From Tubulanus polymorphus (lineage: Eukaryota > Animalia > Nemertea): a stretch of 64,000 bases of DNA. A program made the position numbers and the translations under genes. Below are positions 26,628 through 40,687 of the stretch, piece by piece. The notes beneath the pieces were generated by a model. It ran no database searches, was not told where the DNA came from, and was given only the letters and a program-made list of their open reading frames with translations. Positions within the stretch are counted from its first letter, which is position 1; the number at the start of each line of letters is the position of its first letter. The stretch spans positions 24,028,150-24,092,149 of the forward strand of contig NC_134026.1 in NCBI RefSeq assembly GCF_964204645.1, written 5' to 3'.

Positions 26628-28814
26628 ATCGTCAACATACGGATATAATATCAGTATCAAATCCCATTAAGGCAATAAGGTCGACAATGCAAACAATTCC
26701 ACGACATTAGATGACTGCGCTCCTTAGATGAATACTAGATTTTGTTTTTTAAAACGAATTATTCTTTTTATAACTCATGAAAATCATATCAATTCATCCC
26801 TAAACATGGTCAAATATAACATAAAAATCTGTACATAATATTTGATATTCAAAGTACTGTTGCAAATGCGATTTTGGGATTCTGATGTTAATGAGAAGTC
26901 ATTGCAAGTCAAGTAGACTGGACTTGGGAATTATTTGTTATGCTATTGGTCTTTGACACTTTCTGTTTGTTATTACAGTCATTCATGGCTAATCAAGTCG
27001 TCGTTCGTAGATTGATTATCGTGAATAGTAGCACAACTACTACAGACTCGCGTTAGCTCATTTTTCCATAAATACCAATTCCGTATTTGAACCACGAAAT
27101 CATTGAATCTCGGTTTATTAGCGTTGAGTTGAAAGTGTGTAAGTGTTGTGCTGTCATCTGTGCATACGACTGTGAAAGTTATTAGGTATCTTTGCTTTTT
27201 TCATTTTTCGAAGAATTTGACAAAAATTTTCAAACAATCTGAAAATTGTGGCTGCCGACAAAAGAACTGCTATAACGAACTTTTCCGCCGCGCGGTTATT
27301 TGCAAGTTGCAGTGTTTGCAACTGCAATTAAGGGATTGTTTTGAGTGCCGATCTGAAAATGATTTGCCTTTGCAATTCTCAATATCAAAACCGCGAGAAT
27401 AATTTTGAATTGACAGAATTGGACGATATATTGATTTTCTAAGTAAATAGCAATCCTGGATAGCCAAGTCATCAACATTCACGACTGTACTGGCGTCCGG
27501 TTCTACACGCAATCTGAAGGCACTTGACCAGGTGACGATATCTTCCGGGCAAATATGCAGTTCGCTGCATGCTAGTATGTTAATGGACGTTTCGATACCG
27601 TTCTTCCAGCGAAGCACGATTTATGAAAATATGTCGCGGGTGATTAGTCGTAAGCTGATCGATGTATAACAACCGAAAGAATACCAGTTACACTTGCTCC
27701 CTGCCATTCCGCCGTTAAATCTGATACCAATGTCGATTAAGCCCATGGCCCCAGATATGGATAACGAAAATTTGTATTTCGTCAAAGTGTTTACACTTGT
27801 ATGACAATTAAAAATAAAGTGAACAAAACCATTAACACAGATGGCGTTACTTTTTCACAATACACTATCTTAATTGATGGACAAGTAATCATTTTAATTA
27901 GTATCACTTAGGAGAGCATCTTCTACGTCTGAACATCCCTAACTAATATTTTCCAATAGTATCTGTAGATTGACTGCGAGCACAGATATGGAACACAGAA
28001 GCTCTACAAATTTGAAGATAGTCGGATTACGAGTGTAGTATCTTGGTAAAAGGTCTCTTCTAAGTGAGTTGTACGCAAGGCAGGAAAGATGTATACACCT
28101 GTTGCATCTGGCGTTACTTTCATGTCTGTTTACACGCTATCTTCATTCAAAAGTTACCTTGATTTTCCACATGTATATGTGAAAAAGTCATCGCGGCGTC
28201 TGTGCCGTATTAGAGGTTAATCCGCTATTAGATGTTAGAATAAAAATCAACTTTTATTCCATGTGACGTGATAATCCTTCCCACGTTCAATTACTATAAA
28301 AAGTGTGTTCCGTAATCAACAACTGCGTATATCGCTAATCGGATTCACAAAATTAAAATGGACTCTTATCAGGTATTGCAGCCTCTGATTTGGGCTAATG
28401 TTATTTCTCGCCGAAATCCAGAAAACCAGAATATTATTCGCTTGATAACGAATCTCGTCCGGAAAACATAATTTCCTTACGAAACGGATCATGTGCACTG
28501 ACACGATGATTCTGCGTGTGATATCATAAACTTTCTCGCGTGAAATTGATGCAGATGATCATGATCGGTAGTGATCGCTAAATTTTCTAGGATGAGCAAT
28601 TTCTGATGTCATTTGACGGATGGATGAATTGTGAAACAAATAAAGAATGACAACACAAATATTCGCATCGAACCTATTCGGCCGCTGCGAAGCATTTTGT
28701 TTAAAGCTTGATACCCAAAGTTAAGCCTACAATATTCATATCAACACTAAAAACTACAAATCGTCCGTTGTTACTTTTGACATTTATGATGCAAAATGAT
28801 TCATAGCAAAATGT

Positions 28815-31800
28815 ATGTCTGTAATTGAATTGCAGCCCACGACGAACGCAAATCATGAAGAAAAGATTCCAATCGATGGACCTTCCGATACCTCGTCTGA
28901 AGACAGCGAAAATGCGAGGGGACATTGGGGAAAACAGCTCGATTTCATATTATCATGTGTAGGATATGCAGTTGGTTTAGGGAATATATGGCGTTTCCCT
29001 TATCTATGTATGCGAAATGGAGGAGGTATGTAAAACTTAATTAACGGGGCTGGCAATATCCACATGGGACCTTTATATTACCACGAGTTAGTTATAATCA
29101 TGACACCTGTACGTTCCGCAACGGTACATCATGGTGGTAGTTGCAGAACCCAATGAGCCACATCGAGCTGTATATCTACAACTGTGATGAGTAATAAATA
29201 AATACAATATTATAATGAGCATGATACGTAGCCTCCGACTTTGGGCGGAATTGAAATTTGAAACTTTTAAACTACGCGATATGAAAAATCAGTTTATCTC
29301 AAATGCAGGTTGTTTACCAGTACATAGGTAGATGTTATGAAAAGCTTTTCTGAATATTCCAATGTACTTCCAATTTCAGGGGCGTTTCTCATACCTTATT
29401 TCACATTTATGGTGTTGGGCGGTATTCCCTTGTTCTTTATGGAATTATCGATAGGTCAGTTCTCCAGCCTGGGGCCACTGTCTGTTTGGAAATACTGCCC
29501 GTTATTTCGAGGTAAGTACCATATCATAAGTGGCATCGGAGTCAATAGCCAAAAGCGACACCGTGATGTTATTCAATATATCGTTTTTTATAGGGAACAC
29601 GAGGCTTAGGGGTAAAAGATCCGATGTTTCATTTACTTCGGAAGGACCCCAATGTTCTTCTAGCTTAGCATGAAATAGAATCTTAACATTGGAAAATCCG
29701 ATCCAAGCATTTGATTCAATATAGACTAACTGAGAGAAGTTGTAATTCTAATTCTGTAATTTTCAATGGTTATTCTGTACAACTGTTTCAATTTTACAGG
29801 TATTGGATGGGGAATGATTATCGTCTCAGGGATATATACTCTCGATTATAACGTCATTATTGCGTGGATTTTATTCTACTTGGGAAACTCTTTTTCCTGG
29901 GAATTACCGTGGGGATCATGTAAAAACGACTGGAATACACCAAACTGTCGGGAACGTGGCTCGGCGGCCAGCATACTAGTCTTATGCAATAGTAGTATAA
30001 GTGATTGCACGGAAAATGCAACTTACAGTATAACAACTCCTCTGAACGCTACGGCAAATATCACCACAAATATAACAGGACGAATCATGTCTCCGGCCGA
30101 GGAATTCTGGCAGTAAGTATACTAATTCTATCCGGAATGCAGAGTTTGTGATTTGGGGCGTTTAATTAACAAACCGGTCTATTGGCTAGCACATTTCTGA
30201 GTCGCAGTGGCTTTAGTTCATAGAATTTCAATGTATATTACATGCTGAACGCATCAGTCTCTCGATAGTCTTTGCTTTAGATTATCGTGGTGCAATCCAA
30301 GAAACTGAGATAAGCCGACTTAAAGTCTTTCCCGTGAATACAAAGAATGTTTCCGCGGAACTGGATGATGGAAATCCAACCAAAGGCGATTTGGTCCTAT
30401 ACACTCGAACATGTAAACGCGATATTTACAAAGGCCGCGTGTGCCGTCATTAGTTCAGGGTCAACTATATCTAACGGATGTCGATTCTATTGGGGTTTCG
30501 CGTCGGAATTTACGGTGAGCCGTCTGTCTCGTCAGGAAACGAGCTTCTGACAGCTCTACGGCTTTTATCCTTCGCATATTATTGAATTTTTGCCTTCAGT
30601 TTAAATCAATTTATAAGATGCCAAGCCCTAAAGAATTCGATGATTTGATTCGAAAGCGGATGGTCTTGAATAGGTTTCAATGCGAGTGATCCGCTGAGGG
30701 AAGGATTTAGGATATCGACCTCGATGATTATGACTTCTCTTCGTCGGGAAATTATTTCGCAGCGCTAATGAATTAGTTTCTCGTTTCGCTAAGGGAATTC
30801 CAAGTGAAAATAAAAACGAACATAGGTTGTAATTATATCATGATTAACACAGCCTCTCTTACTCGGAGAAACACGTAATGTCTTCATAATTTTCAATTTC
30901 GAATATCGTGCGCAGATACGTTTTTCAATTTCTTCTTAGCCACGCTGTCAACATGGAATTGAAATATCCAAAGCCAATAACTTTAAAGCACAGGTCGCAT
31001 TTTAGTGTGAATGCGTTGTCAATCAAGTAAAATGAAGTATTCTATTATTTATAGATTTAAAGTTTTAGACATGAGTGATGGAATTGGAACCTTTGGTGGA
31101 TTACACTGGCAATTAGTTTTATGTCATCTCGCCAGTTGGACGATTGTATTTTTCTGCTTGATAAGAGGCGTCAAATCATCGGGAAAGGTAACTTCAATTC
31201 AAACTTAGATTAGCCCGGCTAAATCCCACGAGCCTTCGCCGGGAACCTGGCGGGCGTATTAATAATCGGTATTTGGGTTGCAAAGGGTTGATTCACATTT
31301 ACAGAGCAATCTCGTCGCGAAATACGGCTCTTTCCGATCTCCGATATCAACTAACTGTATTATTCACAGAATGCACCGTTTTGTTCACATATGTCGTTTA
31401 TATTCACATGACAAACACAGATCTCGGCGCCTGGAGGTTTTCATCCATATATTCTTAAGGTCACAGACGATGTAATCTGTAATTTTCGTTTCATGATTTA
31501 TTACATTCATAACTACAAGAGACAAAGTGCGAATGTGTGAAATCTAATAAAGATCACAGATCTACTCAGCGCGCTGATGTTTCCTCGCTGCAATGATACG
31601 TGTAAAAGTAACGAAATCAGTACTCGGTATTGACATTCTTTCGAGCAGCAAACAGATTCATCTTTCCATGTCCAGAGTAATAAAGCTCGGCTTAGAAAAT
31701 GGAAAATGTAGCGCTAGCACAATTATTGAAGAGTCTTTTTACTTTTTCCAAGGTTGTGTACGTCACCGCTACAGTGCCGTATTTTTTTCTATTCGCCCTA

Positions 31801-34800
31801 CTCATCAGAGGCGCTACTCTGCCCGGTTCACTAAATGGAGTCAAATACTACATTTCCCCGGACTGGAGTAAACTACTCTCATTCAAGGTACGTTGTTATC
31901 ATTCTAGAGATTTGAAGTGAAGACAATCAAATTCAATCTTTTGGCTACGATTTATTATATGGTTTAAATGCAGATTGGGGCCCACGACCAAATAACGTGT
32001 TATCTTTTTATAGATTTGGGCTGAAGCATGTATGCAGATATTCTTCTCACTGGGTCCCGCATGGGGCGGATTAATAACAATGGCCAGTTACAACAAATTC
32101 CATCATAACTGTTATCGGTAAGTTTGACATTCCCCAAGGCAGTCTCACGACGAATCCCCGCCGATGGATGATACAGAATAGAAGGTCCGACGATTTGAAA
32201 TATCTCATAGTTGGTGTTAATCATTTTCATTTTTATGTACTTATCCTCTGGAAGCTGAAAATCTAATTTAAACTGTTCAACCATACATTATTGGTGAATG
32301 TCATTTATGAGTCTGAGTTGCGGTAAGAAAGGCTGATTTGAGCTGTATGTATTCATGCATAAACTGATAACGACTGAAGCATTTCAAGAGACATCCTTTA
32401 CATCGATTCAACCTGGCCACTGCAAAAACTCATTTGATTTTCAGATAAATGTTTCGGGTTTAATACGTGTGTCTCACTCGGTACTGGTCGTGTTACGGTA
32501 TAGTTCAAGTTGTCTTTAATTCCAGTGGTTTATCGCGTCACTAGTTAAATATGCCAGTTGTATCGTATTTGATAAAAAATGAAATAGCTATCAGCATCAT
32601 GTTTCTGATTTGCATGGCGTCCATTGAAGGTGGATATTGTCGATAAAAAGATACGACTGCATGAGGTTGACTTTTATTGCCTTCCACGTCTTAACGTATT
32701 CGACACTATTGTAGTGTATTTCCTGCGCTTAATGATTTTCTTTTCTCGCTTCGGCTTATAAAGCAAGGCATTAATTCTGACAGGTCGACGAAACCGTATC
32801 TTTCCATGACGAATTATCATTGGTAGCGAGAGGTTTCAGTTTCATTTCGATATTCTAATTAATGTCCATCAGTTGTATACATATATGTGTGAATTGTATG
32901 CTCCAGCTAATCTAGACATCAATATAACGGGAGGCTGTGCAGACAAAAAAAGAATCACAGGTGGCAGTCCGCCGATTTTTACCCATCGGATGGGTACAAT
33001 ATTTTCTGTTTTTCCGATGCTATATAGAGTATCTTTCACAATACAAAGTACTTTTTTCTAGGCGTATGTTTGGGATACGCATTCTTCCGATGACATTAAG
33101 AGGAGCTCCATACATATATACACGTATTGTTTCTTTTTTTATTATTATGTTTTCGATGGCCGAGTGAGAAAACGGGAAGCGCGGGACTGGCGCGTGCAGT
33201 TAGGTCCAAGTACTCAGACACGATTTTGCTAACTGGGAAATATTATGCGGCCGCATATCAGCTTCCGCTTTTTTGCGTTCATGTAAAATAGTAATATTAT
33301 CTAAAATCGATAATTTTCTAGATATGAATCAACAAAATTCTAATATCCGATGCGCTGTGAATACAATACATATGAGAAAATCATAACCAATCACACGGCA
33401 ACGAAATGATAGCGAGACTTATGACGAAAAATTTAGAACCTTTTCTCCGCCGTCGAAGAGCCAAAAATGGCTTTACCTTGCAATCAATTTTATGGAATGA
33501 TTTTTTATATAATCAATAAAAATGAAATTTTCTATAAAAGATATCGTTATACCGCCTCAAACATTTCGCAACTTTCCAGTTGAAAAGTTGTATTGTGAAT
33601 TCGCCGAAAAAGATAAAAGGGAATTCCAATGATTGACAGCGATTGATGAACAACCCCCTGTTTTCCATCTACAGAACACTAGTCATTCTGAGTTAAAAAG
33701 ACGTTTACAGCAATTACGTTTGTGTCACGTTGAAAGACGAGCCGAACGAGTTTGCCGTTACACCACCTACCATAAAGAAATCATCATGCATGGTGTTATC
33801 GATGTTATAAAGTGTAAATATTGGAATCAATAATGACAAGAAGTTTATTGCGCTGAAAATGAAAGATTGGGTATAATAAATATCCTTAGAAATGCCTATT
33901 TGACAAGGCTTCTTCGACTGTAATTTCGGATTCGATGTCGTTAAGTGATTTCCAATATAACAATGGTGGTTCTGATGCTCTTATAGATAACATGTATCTA
34001 TCAGTTTCCAATGCGTCAATAATTTGGGACAGTAAACAAAAGACGGACTGTTTGCATTTAATGTTCCTTACCAACTTCCGCAATATTGCCTCAGACACGA
34101 GTGATGGAGTATTATTTTCTTAGCATTACTGTATCGACGATAGCGGGCCACGATTTCAAAGACCTACAACTAAGCCAAAAAGGATACTTGGCAGTTACTT
34201 TGCACCGCTACTGCACCTATGTCCATATAAAAAACCCACCACACCTTGCTGACAAGGTGGTTTTGTTTTGAAGTAGGAAATCGAAGGGCAGATGCAGATA
34301 TAGTTGGATGGTCGGTCAAATGTACAGAATTCTTTGTTTAAATCGAAGCAATTTCGGTTTTAATTAGTGTCTAACAAACGACTGATTCAGTTTAGTTTTT
34401 GTGTCTGCCAACTTTGAAATCATCTTTGACATCAAAATCACAGTGTAACCTTGCCATCCACAATACTCAACTGATGATCTGAAGACAGGTCGAGATCAGA
34501 TCGGCATTCCATATACCGGGTAAGCCGATGGTCGAGCTAGTTGAACGATCTGCAATAAAATGCCCAGTTGAGAATCGCAGTAATTCCCTCCAACATTCCA
34601 TAAATAACGTCCAACACGACCGGGTTGTGGTAACGAGAACATAAACGCACACATACATCACACAATATACATATGGCTAATATCTTCTTGACAGTTACTT
34701 TTCTCATTTATCTCCGGGCGTTTCCGAAGCAGGTGATCTTCTTAGCGGGTCGCCACCAGTCTTATTCAAATTCTTTACCGATTATCCAGAATTGCTTAAT

Positions 34801-37293
34801 CACGCGTGGCTTCACTTTTCGCTGAATGATAATCGAGGTGAACTATCAAATAAATTTGACAGCCTGTGATGTATTTAATCACCTAATGGTCTATTCCGTG
34901 TCAGCAGCATCCTAGGGCTAATATTCCCAGTAAACATTATTTTTCGTAGTAACGAATGAGTTATCGATAGACATTGGCGCGTTTTTACACGCGTTTCATG
35001 TAGTGTGTAATTAGATGTATTTTCAATCTATTTGATATTCCAAATAAATTTCTAAATACAATATTAGAATTCTAACAAATCCACTGCTTTTCAGTGATGC
35101 TTTCATCGTACCATTGGTGAACTGTGGGACTAGTTTTTTCGCTGGTTTTGTCGTATTCAGTATCATCGGCTACATGGCACACGAAGCGAAAGTTCCCGTC
35201 GAAGACGCCATTACTTCCGGTTGGTAGATTCGAATTTCTCTCGGAATTACATGACAAAGATCCTTCAATTTTATTGTCCAACTGAAATAAGAGAAGAGTA
35301 ACATGTAATAACTTGGAAATATTTGGTTTAAATTGTTGGAAAATGTCTTTTTTCAATTCATTTTCAAGATTGATATGATTTTACTAATAACATTTATATT
35401 TCCTTTTACAGGCCCTGGTTTAGCATTCATCGCATATCCAGAAGCGCTTACGAAACTACCTGGGTCAGCAATTTGGGCAGTTTGTTTTTTCATAATGTTA
35501 TTGACAATAGGGCTGGATAGTCAAGTAAGTAATGTATATCATCATTGGTATTTTGGCCCTTGTTCGGAGATAATGGAAACCTGATAAATAATCGATTATA
35601 CGAAAGGTGTTGAGTGCATTTATGAATAGCGTTGATGGAAGAATCGATACATCTCGAGAGGCTGGGAAAATCGTCAAAAATCTCTATGCCTTTGTGGTGT
35701 GTTTCCTTGCAATGATTTCCATTATAAATCTAACATACGCTAGCTAGTGTCCTTTGAAGAATTCCCTTGACCACACTCACGCTCTTTCATCACATGAGAC
35801 GAGCTTTTGAAGATCTATAAAAAATCTTATTTGTTTATTATACATTTCCTTTTGATTTTCGAAGTGATTTGTGCACATTGAACTGTTTATTATCATTTCT
35901 ACTAGTTTGTAACATTTGAGACGCTTACGACTGGATTTGTCGACCAATTCCCCAAGCAATTGCGAAAAAGAAAATTACTGTTCACTTTTTCGTTGGTTAT
36001 ACTCGAAGTAATCGTTGGACTTCTTACAGTTTGTCGGGTAATACATATTTAACATATACGAAAGATACGAAACAGTTTCTAATGCTTCATCTTTATGAAT
36101 AATCACGTCGATGGTGTCTGTGTTACTTTTCTTCTGATTCTAATTCCAGGCTGGGATATATTGGTTTCAACTAATTGACTGGTATAGTGCCGCTTTTTCA
36201 ATTATGTTGTTCGCAATTATCGAGTGCCTTGTTCTATCATACATATACGGTAAATTTGATGAACATATCGTTTCACTTATTTACGTAATATTTTTAACGT
36301 AGCATAGGCATATCCCCATTCACTAGCCAATCTGAATAGTTATTATATCAGACTTTTGCTCTTTAATGAACCTTTATGCAATTTTTTTCGTTCCTCTCAG
36401 GTTTGAACCGGTTGTATGATGAGATAAGAATGATGATAGGTTATTACCCAATATTTGTCTGGAAAATTTGTTGGTGTGCGATAACCCCGCTGCTTCTTGT
36501 AGTAAGTACTACGAAAACCGAATGATTTTTTGGAATGAATATTATATGTTGCAGGAATTATGGTCAAAAATGTTTTGTCTGAGAAATATCTTAGCAAAAC
36601 TACAACGTCATGAGACAGTGATAGACATATTTAAAAGCATGTAAAGTTTGTGTGAATCCTGAACAATTTTATTTTCTGTGTTCTATTTTATCCAAGATAT
36701 AGTCTAAAATTATTTCAATCTTTTTGTTGTTGAATTTTTGCATTATAGGTATGTCTTCTGTACGCATTAATCAAGCAGGTTGCACCTTACTATGGAACCT
36801 ATTTCTATCCACCCTGGGCTATTGTCGCTGGATGGACGATTGCGAGCGTCTCGGTCGTTCCTATACCGATATTCATGGCGCTAGAATTACGCAACGCAAA
36901 AGGAACATTCTGGGAGGTTGGTATAGATTTATGATTTATTTGTATTAGTCTTAATTTCGTATAAACACTCATTAGCAAATGCTGATAAATCCAGCTGAAA
37001 TACTCGTTTTTAAATGTTTGTAATGCTTACATTCACAAAACTATACGTTAGTTCACGCGAGCATTTTCACGATTATTTATACGAAAAAAAAAAACTTTCA
37101 GAAATTGAAGTTCTGTATTACACCAGATCCGACCTGGGGTCCAGCAGAACGGTCGATACGAGAAGAAGTTAACTACGGTGCCCCACCGCCGCATGAAGTA
37201 AATGACGCATCAAAAATAGCCATGAAAGATCTACCTAGCGAGAAAACGGCGTTTTTGCATAATTCCAACATCCCTTCGCCGGCTGAAGTTTAG
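28815..37293 (+). CDS. SLC6 Na+/Cl- dependent amino-acid transporter, glycine transporter (GlyT)-like, ~652 aa
   Basis: 13 phase-consistent exons: 28815-29025, 29380-29511, 29800-30112, 31055-31187, 31753-31887, 32014-32117, 35095-35219, 35412-35524, 35906-36037, 36150-36249, 36401-36501, 36749-36916, 37102-37293. Motifs [24 protein letters not shown] (Gly rather than the monoamine-type Asp), [20 protein letters not shown] (GlyT-type Trp in TM6), [19 protein letters not shown]. Confidence 0.93.
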
Positions 37294-37497
37294 TTCCACG
37301 CAATGACCGATGCTGATATCATTGTATCGTATAACATTTAGTCATTGCCAAAACTTTTATAGTATCTCACTCGTAAACCACTAGAAAAAGGTGGATATTT
37401 TGTCCCTAGAACTAAGACGCTTCTGTAGCAATGTGATATAGATTTTGCAACGCACAGAACTTCCTCACTTTATAGGAAGCGTCCTTCGTCGGTACAT

Positions 37498-37567
37498 CAG
37501 CTCGGGTTCAGTTAGGCTCAGTTAGGCACAATTGGGCTCAGTTAGGCTCAGTTGGGCTCAGCTAAGG
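37498..37567. repeat. 10-bp tandem minisatellite (CAGTTAGGCT)~7 downstream of the SLC6 stop
   Basis: cagttaggctcagttaggcacaattgggctcagttaggctcagttgggctcagctaagg. Confidence 0.85.
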
Positions 37568-39534
37568 AGTGATAACCAGGCTAGCACGTGATATGAAAAC
37601 AACGATTAAGACGCTCCATTATTTCATTCATCAGATTGTTTCAAAGGGTAAAGCTATATATGTATCGGAATATATCATGTATTGAACTATATTAAAGGAA
37701 CAAATAGAGTTTGTATGAATAAATTTGAGAAAATCTTCCCATTATATGGGGAGCTTATGTATTCTTAGACTAGGCAATTGCACTTAGTGATCCGCTGTTA
37801 TTCATTAAGCCTTTGCTATCAATGAATTAGCAATGAATATGGAAATTCGTCTACCTCGATATAAGGTTCAAAATTGATTTAGCATATGATATTAACGTTA
37901 TGGCTTACAAAAAATATTTTAAAAATATTGTACCCTCTACATATCGTTTCATAAGAGCAATACTAATATTACGTATATAGAAACTCAGAATGGACGAATC
38001 TTTCGATGATCCATAAGAAAGAAAATGTTCATCATACAGATTGAGAAATTCTCGCAAATAAATGAAGTTCAGATATCTTGGAGAGACTGAACAGTTTTAT
38101 AGATATCGAAATAAAAGACATTTTGGAAATCATAGTTTAGGCTACAGGGAGGATTTTTTAGACAACATCTTTTTAAACAATCCTTACATCTATCCCAAAA
38201 ATTAAGGATATCAATGAAAAATCCAATACATAATTGTATAAAATATGAAATAGATGCAATTGAATCGACGTTGTTGCAAAATTTTTTACTTTTCCTGATA
38301 TTACAACTGTAAAGAAAATGTTGATATTGATATCCACTCATTTTATCCACTCCAAAAAGCTATGCAGAGTGAATTTCAGTCGGCATTGGCCGCTGAGTCT
38401 TGTCGAAATGTGAAATAACAACGGATTAATGGCACCATGCTTTGATAAATCTCACTGGTCTTCAATTGGTAATTATCATATTTATCACTCAAATATATAT
38501 CATTTTTTATGGAAAGCTAACGCAACATTGTTCCCTATTTCCTATCCTAGTACACACGAAAATGAAACAAGAAGTGAATTCAAATATGTACATTGCATGA
38601 TGTCAAAATTTGAAAGCTATTTAATGATTCAATTAATAACTTTAGATAGAAAAATTGTACTTGGAAATGTTTGTGCAACGACATGTACCTTTTTGTCTCT
38701 GTCTTTCTAGTCCCGCACATTCTAATGGCTTAAAAGATTAATAATGCAAATATGATATAAAATTAACTGAATCATATATCTTTATAGACATTAAAAAAGA
38801 TTGTTTTTAGAAATTGTGAACAATATACCTCATATCCTAAGTTACTATGTATATGTAATAATGTTTTATGTAGGGCCTATTGACTTCGTCACTAAGATCC
38901 TAGTTTCATCAAGCCTACGTAATAAACTAGTTCTAATGCCTATCACATCTTGGCACTAGCGTTATGTACAACGACACAGCTAAACCAACCGTAAAGATAT
39001 TCCATTAGATTTATGAGCAAATCTCAAAGAACAGCCAAAAACACATTAGCCTCCCGATCGGGTACAGAATACTGTGACGTGTGAAAATCATTATGGCATA
39101 GATGATACTTCTGTAGTATCGATATACAGACCGTTGAGTCTTTTTACCAATTGTGTATATTTGAAATTTTGCTACTAAATATATTTAGCTGTTAATGTTA
39201 TAGATATAGCAGATATTATTAGATTATGGTATTTCAATTACTTAAACTTATATATCCAAAAAATATTTACCTGTTAAAATTTTAATGATTAGGACCTAGT
39301 GTCAACATGGCAGCGACATAGCTGATAGTATATAGTTGCTGTAAATAGTCAACTACTGTAAATATTAATTCATTTCAGTATCAATAAAATTACCCAAAAC
39401 GTACAAAGAGTTTCATCGTTTATCTTGTTATCTTTACTGGGTGCGATGGCAAGTAATCAACAATTAAATGCGTTATTTCAAAATTTGTATTGTTCCCTTT
39501 CTTTGTAATCGTTATCGGGTCCTAAGAATTGAGC

Positions 39535-40162
39535 ATGAAAAATAGGAAAATGAATACAAAATTACCCCGGACAATTCTGGTTCTTCTATTGCTGTATGAG
39601 TTCATGTGTATCACCGGTAAGCAAATGTCAGTAATAGGCTATCCATCGATTTTCTAAGATATTACAAACAGAAGAGGCGTGATGATTTTGGGAAGTGCAC
39701 TGCTTGTGAAATTGCAGGAAATGTTTCGTGTCTCAAACTGGATACTGATAGAATGAAGCGAGATGGTTCGGATCCGGATTATGAGGTATGATTTTGTTTA
39801 TACTGATGTCTGATGATGCAGATAATAAATGTATAACGGATTTTCTATTGATAACATTTTTGTATTTTCATATTTATCAAATGTTTAGCCAAAAGGGCTA
39901 CCCATCAGTCACTGTATGCGAAATTATTCTATAATAGTTACTCGACGAAAAGCCTGACGAAGTCGAAAAGTCAAATGATGATGACGGATTGAGTGGGAAA
40001 GCGATTGGTATTATCATTGGCGTTGTTTTCCTCTTGATCATAACTTTTATTATCACCTACTGCTGCTGGTTTTGGTGTAGGAATACAGGTTGCTGTCCCT
40101 GCTGTGACGATATACCCAAAGATGCGAAGGGTACGAAGGTTGGCAACATGATGTCAAAGTGA
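39535..40162 (+). CDS. Uncharacterised type I single-pass membrane microprotein (~124 aa), not in the ORF track
   Basis: Exons 39535-39616, 39718-39785, 39938-40162 (GT-AG, phases 1 and 0) give MKNRKMNTKLPRTILVLLLLYEFMCITGNVSC-LKLDTDRMKRDGSDPDYELLDEKPDEVEKSNDDDGLSGKAIGIIIGVVFLLIITFIITYCCWFWCRNTGCCPCCDDIPKDAKGTKVGNMMSK*. Confidence 0.7.
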
Positions 40163-40545
40163 GTGACCATAAATGATTTGAATAGTTTATGGGAAATTTG
40201 TTCACGAATGAGTAATGTAAATCAACGCCTATGTAAATAATCTCATCGTAATTTCAGCAACAAATAACGCGTGATCTGTGAACTTTGAAATATGAGCGTT
40301 CGATATGACTTTCATATAGACCCATAACTCCCATTCGTTTTCCGAATAATACCTCGTAAATGTCTATACTCCTAATCAAATCATGATCCAACATTACGTG
40401 AACATTTACAATGACTCCAGTCACTTTCCCTGAATAAATATTAGATAGAATAGACAAGGGTTTTTTTAGTAACGGTTAATTTCCTTATCTAATCTTTACA
40501 ATAGCACCCAGACAATGTCGGATAAAATTCCAATCGTATTTGTGT

Positions 40546-40687
40546 TGACAGTTTTGTACCCGGAATGAGAAAGGACAAGGACGGAAAGATGAGATACTAC
40601 AAACCAACAGATGAAGAACTATCGGCTTTAAAAGAAGGCGGTGAAAACGTGGCAAATGTGTATTTTTAACACAACTCTCTAGCAATT
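40546..40687 (+). repeat. Dispersed ~130-bp repeat, copy A (direct repeat of 43295-43412)
   Basis: Shared blocks tgaca.tttt...cccggaatgag.aa.gacaa, gagatact, atcggc.ttaaaaga.ggcggtgaaaa, aactctctagcaatt. Confidence 0.75.
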
